From the IMG/VR virus record IMGVR_UViG_3300050156_000143, positions 64,001 through 128,000 of that record: a DNA stretch of 64,000 bases. One strand, written 5' to 3'. Source of the DNA: a virus (lineage: Duplodnaviria; Caudoviricetes). A program made the position numbers and the translations under genes. Under the pieces are notes generated by a model. The model was not told the origin of the DNA. It saw nothing but the letters and a program-made list of their open reading frames with translations, and did not search any database. Below, piece by piece: positions 17,957 to 27,143 of this stretch (its first letter is position 1; every line of letters starts with the position of its first letter).

Positions 17957-18370
17957 TCATTTTGAGATAAACCGTCTTATCACCTTCTTTTTCACTCGCG
18001 TCATGCTTGCAATTTTCACATAGCAGGTGACTAACCAGACAAAGCAATAAACAACGATGGTTGGTAGTAGACCAGCCCAACCTGTTGGTGCTTGTCGATG
18101 TAAGGTTGTTTTTAGACCGTCGGCCATACATTGCGCCACGGTTAGGTCATCGATGACTTGATATAACAGCATTATTGCGGTCTCGGTGGCGTCACCGTAG
18201 TCGTCTGGCGGAAGAAACTGCAAAATGACCAGATTAGATTCTCCCATATGTGTCACACCGTATATTGGTTCATACTGTTCAACGTCTACTCCCAGCATGT
18301 TCAAATATTGAACTGCCTCATATTCGGCAGATTCTGGCACGACGATGTATTTCACTATTTGACGCGCCAT
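17957..18370 (-). CDS. Hypothetical protein, possible C-terminal TM segment
   Basis: ORF track. Confidence 0.65.
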   Translation of the reverse strand: MARQIVKYIVVPESAEYEAVQYLNMLGVDVEQYEPIYGVTHMGESNLVILQFLPPDDYGDATETAIMLLYQVIDDLTVAQCMADGLKTTLHRQAPTGWAGLLPTIVVYCFVWLVTCYVKIASMTRVKKKVIRRFISK

Positions 18371-18609
18371 TTATGCGCTTCTTTGATCAGTGCTTGGATT
18401 ATGTCTTGATCGATTTCGGCGGCCAATTCCCCCATGAACACATCACTCGACGTGGATGTCTCATATCCCAAACGGACAAAAGTTAGTGTTTCGGGTGAGC
18501 AGTCGTTGGGCGAATTTATGGCTGAATATGTCAGATAATGCTTTATATTATCTCCCAAAAGTTCCGTTAAATGTGCTCTGTCATTATCGGATAAATTGAT
18601 TAGTATCAT
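18355..18609 (-). CDS. Hypothetical protein
   Basis: ORF track; overlapping operon arrangement. Confidence 0.6.
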   Translation of the reverse strand: MILINLSDNDRAHLTELLGDNIKHYLTYSAINSPNDCSPETLTFVRLGYETSTSSDVFMGELAAEIDQDIIQALIKEAHKWRVK

Positions 18610-18859
18610 TTTGTTTATTTTGGTTATTCCGTACAGCGTTCATCATTCTAACCGATTCAAGCAGTGACTGTCCAAGAGTCAATTGACGTTGACAATCATA
18701 CATCAAAGTCAACCACGTATACACCTCAGTAGACACCCCGGTGATTTTGTAATAAGTGTGACAAATCTGTAAATCAAACCGGTATTCAGTTTGTAATTCA
18801 GTTAAATGCCGAGTAACGTCATCGTTGACTCCAATAATGTATATCACAGTTTTATCCAT
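18584..18859 (-). CDS. Hypothetical protein
   Basis: ORF track; overlapping operon arrangement. Confidence 0.6.
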   Translation of the reverse strand: MDKTVIYIIGVNDDVTRHLTELQTEYRFDLQICHTYYKITGVSTEVYTWLTLMYDCQRQLTLGQSLLESVRMMNAVRNNQNKQNDTNQFIR

Positions 18860-20049
18860 TTTGTTCCTTCGTTTGTGTCATTGATGTAAACACCTGACTC
18901 CAACAACTGTGCTTTCATGGTGTCTGCTAGATTCCAATTCTTTTCCATCCGAGCCATGTCTCGTTGTTTTAAGATGGCGTGCTCAGAAACAGACATCTGA
19001 CCATTCGGGTATATCCCCATTATACCCATAATGGCCTTCACTGTTGGATACTCTGTTGATGTGTGGAGTTCAGAGATTGCGTTCACTGTGTTGAAATCGG
19101 TGTCCATATGGTGCTTAACACGTTTTGCAACACCTTGCTCAAAATTTGGTTCGCACCCGTTTCCAGTCACTTTGAGGGCCAACGTCACCAATGAACGTTT
19201 TGCAGCTTCGATCGCATCCCAAGTGAAATCAATTGGACTAGCGTAATGGGTGTTCAGAAAGTAGTATCGTATCACTTCTGGGGAATATTTTTCCAACAAT
19301 TGTTTTATGGTGATAAAGTTTCCCACCGATTTACTCATTTTGGCGCCATTGATATTCACACTGCCATTGTGCATCCAGTAGTTTGCCAAAGGTTTTCCAG
19401 ATAATGTTTCTGATTGGTGCCTCTCATTTTGGTGATGCGGGAATTTCAAGTCCATGCCACCACCATGTATGTCAATGGTGTCTCCCAATATTGACTGGCA
19501 CATGGCGGAACATTCTATGTGCCACCCTGGCCGACCGTTTCCGAAAACGCTTGGGTAAATCGCATCTGATGGCTCATGTGGTTTTGCTGCCTTCCACAGA
19601 TAAAAGTCATCCCCATCGTTGTTAAATTTCACTCCATCGTCTACCACATAGGCGTCACCCTGTTTCACCAAGTTGTCGATCATTTTAAGCATACTGGGCA
19701 CAAAACGAGTTGCTTTTGGGGACATGGTGGGAGGCAAGATTTTCAATTTGGAGAAATCGTCGCGCATCGAATTTTCGTATTTGTCGGCCACGTTCTTGAT
19801 AGAAACACCATCCTGCACGGCACGATCGATGATTTTGTCGTCAATGTCAGTGACATTTTGAACAAACGTGACTTCGTAGCCTGACACGATTAACCATTTT
19901 CGTATCATGTCGAACACGGTTGCCGACCGTGCGTGACCAATATGGCAGTCAGCATATACGGTGACGCCACACACGTACATAGACACTTTACCTGTGATGA
20001 TTGGTGTGAATTCTTTTGTCGTTGCGGTTAACGAATCGTAGATGTGCAT
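18844..20049 (-). CDS. cysS: Cysteinyl-tRNA synthetase (shortened, about 400 aa)
   Basis: YVCGVTVY, HIGH, NVTDIDDKI, GRPGWHIECSAM, DIHGGGMDLKFPHHQNE, KMSKS; exact start uncertain (20049 or 20067). Confidence 0.95.
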   Translation of the reverse strand: MHIYDSLTATTKEFTPIITGKVSMYVCGVTVYADCHIGHARSATVFDMIRKWLIVSGYEVTFVQNVTDIDDKIIDRAVQDGVSIKNVADKYENSMRDDFSKLKILPPTMSPKATRFVPSMLKMIDNLVKQGDAYVVDDGVKFNNDGDDFYLWKAAKPHEPSDAIYPSVFGNGRPGWHIECSAMCQSILGDTIDIHGGGMDLKFPHHQNERHQSETLSGKPLANYWMHNGSVNINGAKMSKSVGNFITIKQLLEKYSPEVIRYYFLNTHYASPIDFTWDAIEAAKRSLVTLALKVTGNGCEPNFEQGVAKRVKHHMDTDFNTVNAISELHTSTEYPTVKAIMGIMGIYPNGQMSVSEHAILKQRDMARMEKNWNLADTMKAQLLESGVYINDTNEGTKWIKL

Positions 20050-20563
20050 GATGTGTTGGATTTTCATAAGTGTTGGAGTTGATGGCACGCGGTTTGGGCA
20101 TATTGGGCAATAAGTTTCCATAACAGTATTGAATAGCGTGGACGCGATATTCCGGCGATTCGTAAATCACTCTGAGCCAACATATGAGATCATGGTGGTA
20201 ACACGGGACTTTTAACAAATAGTGTGTGGTCAGCCATCGACTGCGCCTATAGTCACACCGTACAATGTCCAGGCCATATGGATTTGGTTGTTCTAGTTGT
20301 ACCCCCGGATAACTCAATGCTAATACCATGATGCCAGGATTGTTCGTTAACACGTTGGGAGCAAACACAAACGCGATCGCATCGATGTGAAAATATGAAT
20401 GCTCGGCCTCCTGAAACACTACCCAACTATGATGAACGCAATGTGTGGCGCATTTTGGCCCAAATTTTGTGAGGTACATGGGTAATACAGTGATGATTTA
20501 TTCAGACCGTTCCGCGTTGTTTATGACGAGAGTTACTTGGTCAGCATCGTGGATGTGCGTCAC

Positions 20564-20743
20564 TCATTGACTTGATTCGGACATATTTGGACTACACGAT
20601 GATTTTCCGGGGGGCGTTTCATGGGCTAACCAAAAGTCGCTTCGCGCCCCACATAGAGGGCACTCCACTATTCTTGCTGCCTCATTTGGTAACCTAACTT
20701 CTCCCCGATAGTTACATTCCAGACACTGGTAAAGGATTATCAT
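20564..20743 (-). CDS. Small zinc-ribbon protein (59 aa, below ORF-track cut-off)
   Basis: MIILYQCLECNYRG...VECPLCG; GGAG SD. Confidence 0.65.
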   Translation of the reverse strand: MIILYQCLECNYRGEVRLPNEAARIVECPLCGARSDFWLAHETPPGKSSCSPNMSESSQ

Positions 20744-20831
20744 AAAGTATAAAACTCCGATTTACGATGCACTCACCATCGGCGAATCGAATCAACTACA
20801 AGAACTGGGGTGGATACATTCTGAGCATATA

Positions 20832-21575
20832 TCATAGGAACGCTTCTGAAAGCATGGTTGATACCACGTGTTCCAACGGTGCATTGAAAGTGACTACATC
20901 GGATACCAAAACTTTCAATGGCCCACCACCCAAACTCACGGGCACCACTTTAATTCCATCTTCCCGTAGGAGCACCGCAGTGACCAAGGTTTCTTCCATT
21001 GACGCCATCGGTTTGCGAATATACACGACAACAGTCGGGACATTGGCACCCTGGATATCATCAACGGTGCTCCCTGGCATCAAATCGGCAATTTGGAACG
21101 GCAAATCCCCGATGCGGTTCAGCTTGCTAATTTCAACTGAATAATTCTTACAGGCAATGTTTAAGTAGTCTGTGAGCACATACATGGTGGACGTTAGTTC
21201 GACACCATTCGTGAGGACAATCCCACAATCCAATTTAGTGAACCCGTTATTCAAATCGGTTGGTATAACGATTTGATCAATTACTCCAATTTCCGCAATC
21301 GGTTGCGTGAGCGGGCAGTCAACGTCGCTATCATCTTGGCATTCATCGTCAAATAAGTGTTTTAACTGGGTATCTGTCAAACTTTGCCATTCATGGATAG
21401 TCCCACATTGAACACACACGTTGAAATTACTTTCGCCCGACCCGATTCCATTGTTTAATTCGGGGATGCAGTCACTCATGTTTAGCCCAAGATGGGGCAC
21501 ATCGGCATTACACAAATCGCGGTATTTCATGTACAGCGAAATGAACTTGATGGAATTGCAGTTTTTGCAGATCAT
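20832..21575 (-). CDS. Hypothetical protein with N-terminal Cys-rich zinc-binding domain
   Basis: CKNC...CVQC. Confidence 0.75.
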   Translation of the reverse strand: MICKNCNSIKFISLYMKYRDLCNADVPHLGLNMSDCIPELNNGIGSGESNFNVCVQCGTIHEWQSLTDTQLKHLFDDECQDDSDVDCPLTQPIAEIGVIDQIVIPTDLNNGFTKLDCGIVLTNGVELTSTMYVLTDYLNIACKNYSVEISKLNRIGDLPFQIADLMPGSTVDDIQGANVPTVVVYIRKPMASMEETLVTAVLLREDGIKVVPVSLGGGPLKVLVSDVVTFNAPLEHVVSTMLSEAFL

Positions 21576-21596
21576 CGTGATTTTCCTGGTATAAAA

Positions 21597-21890
21597 TTAG
21601 ATGTTGAATTCAATGTCGCTGACACATAACCCCGAACTGTTTTGGAACCCTGATCCAACTTTGGAATAGCCCAGATCGCGTTTAATCCAGGCATACAGTT
21701 GATCGGTCATTGATTGTTCTTCGTTGTGATATTCGTCTATCTGGTAGAGTATGTCGGCAATGTCCCACAACCCACTCCCAAGCATGAATTCACTTAGAAA
21801 CTGTTTGAAATCATTGTCACACATCGACTCCACATCGACCCGTAGAATGAGAAATGTTTTGCACATGATAATAAGGGGCCGAAGCCCCAT
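21597..21890 (-). CDS. Hypothetical protein (true start probably MCKTFL)
   Basis: ORF track. Confidence 0.6.
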   Translation of the reverse strand: MGLRPLIIMCKTFLILRVDVESMCDNDFKQFLSEFMLGSGLWDIADILYQIDEYHNEEQSMTDQLYAWIKRDLGYSKVGSGFQNSSGLCVSDIEFNI

Positions 21891-21893
21891 TTT
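21872..21893 (-). terminator. Intrinsic terminator after NAMPT
   Basis: GGGGC-TTCG-GCCCC-TTATT on minus strand (cUUCGg loop). Confidence 0.75.
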
Positions 21894-21904
21894 GGTGAGA
21901 TTGG

Positions 21905-23359
21905 TTAAATTGCCGCGTTCTTGCGAACTTCTGCCAACGTGATGAAGTTCATCAGTTTGCCGTGATCATAAATCGTGACCAGAGCATCTTCGTACCCACT
22001 TGGAACCCCAAGATCGATGTCATATGACACATAATCTTGTGGGGAAGTTCCGCCGATTTTGTGCGCCAAGCTGACTCGACCTGCTTTGGATTTTTTGCCA
22101 GGGTCGGTCACTGGGTCTTTTGCAATCGGAACCCATTTCCGATCCACCAAGATGGCCGATGCTTTTTGGGCAAATTTGAAGGTATCTCGGTTCACTTTTT
22201 GCAGCAGTCCACCACCTGACCCCATGACAAACACATCGGCGCTATACCCAAGTGCCACAATCTTGCCCATCAAACTTTGGGACGAGAGTAAATCGATGCC
22301 ATCACCCTGGATCACCCCAACATTATTCAACTGCTTGAATCCCTTGCGGTTCAATGCGTAGCCATAAGCGGCTTCAAACTGTTGCAAAATCCAGGGCACA
22401 ATTTCCATCATATCGCCAGAATCAGGGCGCGCCACCAGTTTTCCACCACTGGTTTTCACCAGATTGACGAATTCTGGTTCACATAATGTACGAACTGCGC
22501 GATACACATCCTTGCCATCGATCACAATAGACCCAATACCTCGTGGCATAAACAGCTCAATCGTGTGTTTCAGATATTCTCGCTCACCTGCGTCCTCCAG
22601 ACCGAATGAACATTCAATACTGTGTTCGGTGGCAGACACTGCAAAATCGGACGACATGACATCGTTGTAATAAATGTTGGCAGCATCAATGCCTTCGGTG
22701 GTGTCGGAACCCTTGAAATTCACCATGTGAGCAGCACCACCAATTTCCGCCTGTTCAGCACTGGTAACACCACGGGCGCCAAAATCGTTCATGGCCCACA
22801 CAAGGTTGTCCAACATGGCGCCAGAGATTTCATAAAAATGAGCAAACTTTTGCTTCATCAGCCGACCTTGAGTAGCAATCGTGGTGGGATACCAGATACC
22901 ACGCAGTAAAAAGGTTTCGATATAAGACGCCAGCCAGAATACCTCGGGATCAGTGCATTCGACGGTGAGGATCACATTGCCAGACATCACAGGAGTGCCT
23001 TCTGCCACAGTTCGCACAGTCACTGGAAGATAGCCATCGTATTTTTCAATGATGTAGTCCCACTTTGCGCGGTCAAACGCTGCATTATTTTTTCGGCAAA
23101 ATTTCTCAGCGTGATCGACCATCTTTTTAGTCACATTGTTCGCCAAGGTTTTCATCACCAGCATTTGCGCACCAAACGGAACGATGATGTCGCCTTTTGT
23201 GCGAGCCTCTTGATACGCATACATCCCAGTGACATTTGGTGCATAAGCACTCGGGTGGCTGAACTTGTAGATGTCGGTTGCCAAAATCAAATTGAAATCT
23301 CGGCGCCCAAACTGATCCAAACGGTCGGCGTACATAGTGTGTTCACGTTGGTATTGCAT
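21905..23359 (-). CDS. nadV: Nicotinamide phosphoribosyltransferase (NAMPT)
   Basis: LATDIYKFSH, DFGARG, SATEH, RPDSGD, IQGDG, GSGGGLLQKVNRDT. Confidence 0.95.
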   Translation of the reverse strand: MQYQREHTMYADRLDQFGRRDFNLILATDIYKFSHPSAYAPNVTGMYAYQEARTKGDIIVPFGAQMLVMKTLANNVTKKMVDHAEKFCRKNNAAFDRAKWDYIIEKYDGYLPVTVRTVAEGTPVMSGNVILTVECTDPEVFWLASYIETFLLRGIWYPTTIATQGRLMKQKFAHFYEISGAMLDNLVWAMNDFGARGVTSAEQAEIGGAAHMVNFKGSDTTEGIDAANIYYNDVMSSDFAVSATEHSIECSFGLEDAGEREYLKHTIELFMPRGIGSIVIDGKDVYRAVRTLCEPEFVNLVKTSGGKLVARPDSGDMMEIVPWILQQFEAAYGYALNRKGFKQLNNVGVIQGDGIDLLSSQSLMGKIVALGYSADVFVMGSGGGLLQKVNRDTFKFAQKASAILVDRKWVPIAKDPVTDPGKKSKAGRVSLAHKIGGTSPQDYVSYDIDLGVPSGYEDALVTIYDHGKLMNFITLAEVRKNAAI

Positions 23360-23361
23360 GT

Positions 23362-24372
23362 TTACTCCAGTGATAAGAAATGGGACAAAATGTGGTAGTG
23401 ATCTTCAAAGAACGTGTTTCGGTCAAGTCCAGAGAAGCCAACCCATTGTGCATCAGCCGCGTCGTCACCCGCTAATGGTTGACTAAACTGGTCAAGTTCT
23501 ATGTGAAACGCATGGGTTATGATGCGCCCTCGTGCTGATCTTGCCTTGGCATCAAAGACGTGACTCCCCACAATGTGGTGTGGAATTTTACTCAAATCAA
23601 TCCCACATTCTTCGAGTAATTCACGACGCATTGCTGCTTCTACTGACACATCGCTATTTGCGTCAACATATCCACCGGGGCACGCGAGTAACCCTTTTCC
23701 TGGAATATTCTTTCGTTTGATGAGGAGCACATTTTCACCCCACGTCACCACTGCATCAGATGTGACAAAAATTGGTGGGTATTTTTGTAAATTGTTTTCA
23801 TACTGGCGCTGCTTGTTGAACACATCTTCATCTACCAAATTTTTATAGTCTGGTGTTCGCTTGAAGTTGGCTAAAAACGTGTTGACATACGGCGGGACAT
23901 TATTGAAATTTTGGTCAAGCCCGTGATACCAAGCATCACGAATATCAGTTGCATTGACATTTTGCTCCAAGTTGACTTCGACCGACTCCCACTCAACGAA
24001 CATTTTGAGGTAAAACGATGATTCGTCTTTGGTGTGGCCAATGATGCCAACTTTGCTGGAGCGGTCTATGAACACTGAGACATTTTCTCGAACAGAATTT
24101 GCCCAGATTTCATCACCTGTCAATCCACCTTTGCCATAGAGCACATCAAACAACGGCAAAATAACAGGAGAAAACGATAAGCTGTTTGCGATCATGTGAG
24201 CACGTTCAGCAAAAGTGAACGGATTTTTTGGAGTACGGGCTTGGCCCGATGAGCCGACCAGAACAACCACACGGGCAGCCAAGGTTTTTGCGTACTCTAT
24301 AACACGAACATGCTCGTTGTGCAAGGGCTGAAAACGCCCTATGAACACCAATGTTGAAAATTTTTGTGGCAC
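23362..24372 (-). CDS. nadM: Bifunctional NMN adenylyltransferase / Nudix ADP-ribose pyrophosphatase (NadM-Nudix)
   Basis: IGRFQPLHNEH, RTPKNPFTFAER, VNATDIR, Nudix box GGYVD..RRELLEECG, GDDA..A.W, FFEDH. Confidence 0.92.
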   Translation of the reverse strand: MPQKFSTLVFIGRFQPLHNEHVRVIEYAKTLAARVVVLVGSSGQARTPKNPFTFAERAHMIANSLSFSPVILPLFDVLYGKGGLTGDEIWANSVRENVSVFIDRSSKVGIIGHTKDESSFYLKMFVEWESVEVNLEQNVNATDIRDAWYHGLDQNFNNVPPYVNTFLANFKRTPDYKNLVDEDVFNKQRQYENNLQKYPPIFVTSDAVVTWGENVLLIKRKNIPGKGLLACPGGYVDANSDVSVEAAMRRELLEECGIDLSKIPHHIVGSHVFDAKARSARGRIITHAFHIELDQFSQPLAGDDAADAQWVGFSGLDRNTFFEDHYHILSHFLSLE

Positions 24373-24417
24373 ACTGTTCTCCAAAAAGTTGAAAGCACAG
24401 TGTAACACGGATGTTGG

Positions 24418-25209
24418 TTATGTGTTGTATGGGACTGGAAGGTTGAAGGCGAAGGGTGACGTGGGGGGAGTGTAATCACTAACCGCTAGACATAAATCAG
24501 TGATCCTCAATTCATCCATGTACCCGATGGAGCCAAGTATTGTTTCTGTCCAGGCCATTCTCCCAACTCTTAGAAAATGGCCATTTTTTGTCAAATCCGG
24601 GTTATGTTGGTATTCGATTGAACTCTTGATGCCATCTTTGAAACATCTTATCGTAAAATCCTGATCTCTTGTTATCATTATCTTATAACTGGTGTTTGCG
24701 GTAAAACTAAAATCCGTGAATGATATCCTAGTATCCGAGTATCCGTATACGCCAGTATAAAACTGAAAGCTCCCTTGATCGAATAATATACCAAACAAAT
24801 GCTCGCTAAAGGGGGCCGCGCCAGGTGTTTCTGGTTCGTTTTCAGCGGTGCTTGACGTTAGTAAAAAATATTTTTTCGACGGACTGAAGTCCTCTGGAGT
24901 TTTCCAAGTGAACTCAACCGAAAATTCCCCAGCGAAAGACAACCCGGTGGGCCAAGTAACTCTAGCCCAATCCAAATTGGGGTAGGTGGAGTCATTTAGC
25001 AATGCTGCGCCGCCATAGATTTTGGCATCACCGGAGATAGTCTTTATTCTAACATTACTCGAACAACTCCAAGAATTTCCACGGTTCGCTGAATCCAGAA
25101 TAGTTTGAGACCCATCAGCCTGACCTAGCGCTAGGTCAAAATGTGTCAACAAATATAAATGTGGCATCGGTACAACCACCGTTCCAAAAGCGTAGCTATT
25201 GATCATCAT
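24418..25209 (-). CDS. LamG/concanavalin-like tail fibre-associated protein
   Basis: FSVEFTW, GYMDELRIT, DYTPPTSPF; coupled to upstream tail fibre gene. Confidence 0.7.
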   Translation of the reverse strand: MMINSYAFGTVVVPMPHLYLLTHFDLALGQADGSQTILDSANRGNSWSCSSNVRIKTISGDAKIYGGAALLNDSTYPNLDWARVTWPTGLSFAGEFSVEFTWKTPEDFSPSKKYFLLTSSTAENEPETPGAAPFSEHLFGILFDQGSFQFYTGVYGYSDTRISFTDFSFTANTSYKIMITRDQDFTIRCFKDGIKSSIEYQHNPDLTKNGHFLRVGRMAWTETILGSIGYMDELRITDLCLAVSDYTPPTSPFAFNLPVPYNT

Positions 25210-26396
25210 GACGTAGCCCCCAGAAGAGCAACAATCAGCCCAGTTGCCCCTGTGCCCGCACTGAGTATGCTAGCAGTAAATTCGTCGTCGTCACTGAACG
25301 CAGTTGAGGACAACACTGGTGGAATAGCGGCGGTCACGCTAGTTTTCTCGTTGACGTCAATTGTGATTTTAGTTGACAAAATGGAAGACCCATTCCGCAA
25401 AATGTCAACTTCAACGCTCCCCGATGTACTAGCGGTCAATAGACTGGCCCTCACTCCAGAACAGATGAACGCCGTTGATGCTCGTTCATATCCAACATTG
25501 GTGCCAGTGCTTAACGCTGTGGTCAAATCTGAACACGCGAATTTAACAATAGCGGCATTCCCACTGGTAGGAGACAGTGCATCGACTTTAGCCTCAACGT
25601 TGACGATCGCTTGAACCAACGATTCTGAACCTGTCAAATCGGATGCAATGGCAATGGGTAAGGTGCCCAATGTGGTGGCTCTAACAAAAGCGTTCCCTTG
25701 TTGGTAGGTTAACGGTTGTAGTCCACTTACTGCGTTGGCGTTTAACGTCAAAGTTCCGGTTAAGGTGCCACCAGAAATCGGTAATGCCCCCACTTGTGTC
25801 GCTGTGACAGAATGGGGATTACTTACATTCGCTATGTGTGCAGTTAAAACTGGGTCAGTCCCCCCGCTTATGCCGTCCAAAATATTCACACCATTGGCAT
25901 AACAATATTGATTTGCCAATATTTTTCCGGTAACTGCCAACGCATTCGCGGTCGATGACCCAGAATTTAGTGTCCACCTTCCCGTCATCGCGCCTGATAC
26001 CCCGGTTCCGCCCGTGGTTAACACAGTGGTAGTCAGACTGGATATATTGGATGTTCCCAGTGTGGTGGTGCCACTAACAGACAAATTGCCGCTTAATGTC
26101 AAGTTGGTCAAATTGCTATTTCCAACTGCGACCCACGCTCCACTAGGAGCACCATCATATGGACAAACCTTCAACGTTGCAGCACTACGGTGATACCATG
26201 TTTGACCTTGCAACGGATTCGGAGGAGGAGTGTCGGAGGAAAAGTTCTCCAGGAGTTTTACAAAATTCGTGTCCTGAATTTGCCCGTAACCTGAAAAGTT
26301 TTTCCCGATTAACCCAATGGATGTGCTGCTGGTGTTTACCGTGCCATCTTGAATCGTGACTAGCGTGGTGCCATTGCTTTTTGTTATAGTGTACAT
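25206..26396 (-). CDS. Tail fibre protein
   Basis: N-terminal LIGKNFSGYG..NFVKLLENF..P.NPLQGQTWY domain; G/T/S-rich shaft. Confidence 0.7.
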   Translation of the reverse strand: MYTITKSNGTTLVTIQDGTVNTSSTSIGLIGKNFSGYGQIQDTNFVKLLENFSSDTPPPNPLQGQTWYHRSAATLKVCPYDGAPSGAWVAVGNSNLTNLTLSGNLSVSGTTTLGTSNISSLTTTVLTTGGTGVSGAMTGRWTLNSGSSTANALAVTGKILANQYCYANGVNILDGISGGTDPVLTAHIANVSNPHSVTATQVGALPISGGTLTGTLTLNANAVSGLQPLTYQQGNAFVRATTLGTLPIAIASDLTGSESLVQAIVNVEAKVDALSPTSGNAAIVKFACSDLTTALSTGTNVGYERASTAFICSGVRASLLTASTSGSVEVDILRNGSSILSTKITIDVNEKTSVTAAIPPVLSSTAFSDDDEFTASILSAGTGATGLIVALLGATS

Positions 26397-26403
26397 AATT
26401 TCC

Positions 26404-27018
26404 TCAAATTGTTATCATATTGGATACACTATGGATTCTAATAGTGTATTTTATTAGCTGGCGACGATTGAGTGATTTTTGCACTGGGTTGAAAATAGCA
26501 TGAGACACTAATCTAGTGACTTGATCCCCGTTTGAATCGACGCCGTAATCTGCAAGTAGCCCGATCTCATCAAATGTATAAATTGAATTTAGATTAGTGC
26601 CATTATCAAACGCATCTTGGCCAGCGGGTTCGCCATAATCTAGCAAACATGAAATCAAAATGTCGGTATACGTTTTTCCACTAACGTGAACCACTTGCAT
26701 TTTATTGCGTATGGGGTCTGGGTTGGTGACGATAGTATCATCGATCAGTTTTGAAAACGTTTGGTTATACAGTGTGGCATTTTGTCCTACCGTATTTGGT
26801 GGCAAGTATGTAATTGCACCCGTTTCATCCACTGTGGCTCCACCGTTGCCCAACGCCAAACGATACAATGCACCAACTCCCCGACTCGCCAAACTGTTAG
26901 CAAGTGCTAACGACATGTTCTCCGGGTGAATTGCATTTTTGGTAGACAGTAAATGCTCACCAGTGTCACTATCTTCTATCTCAATGAATCCTTCTACGAG
27001 GACTGATTTTTCATTCAT
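26404..27018 (-). CDS. Putative baseplate-associated structural protein
   Basis: ORF track; position in baseplate operon; FDEIGL and PVQKSLNR motifs. Confidence 0.65.
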   Translation of the reverse strand: MNEKSVLVEGFIEIEDSDTGEHLLSTKNAIHPENMSLALANSLASRGVGALYRLALGNGGATVDETGAITYLPPNTVGQNATLYNQTFSKLIDDTIVTNPDPIRNKMQVVHVSGKTYTDILISCLLDYGEPAGQDAFDNGTNLNSIYTFDEIGLLADYGVDSNGDQVTRLVSHAIFNPVQKSLNRRQLIKYTIRIHSVSNMITI

Positions 27019-27140
27019 TCGTCAGTCCTCGTAGTAATCAAGATATCACCAGAATCCGGGTCAACTATTCGCAAATAGGTTTCAACACAGATACCAGAAT
27101 CATCGCTTGAAGTTTGATTGTCCAAATTTATTTGTTCCAT
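27015..27140 (-). CDS. 41-aa protein missed by the ORF track
   Basis: MEQINLDNQTSSDDSGICVETYLRIVDPDSGDILITTRTDE; TAAATA 4 nt upstream; ATGA overlap with next gene. Confidence 0.7.
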   Translation of the reverse strand: MEQINLDNQTSSDDSGICVETYLRIVDPDSGDILITTRTDE

Positions 27141-27143
27141 TCG

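Noticed and set aside
19988-20479. 163-aa ORF upstream of cysS
   Set aside because: Fills a gap and may be real, but overlaps the cysS start, lacks an SD and has no recognisable motif; not listed as a feature.
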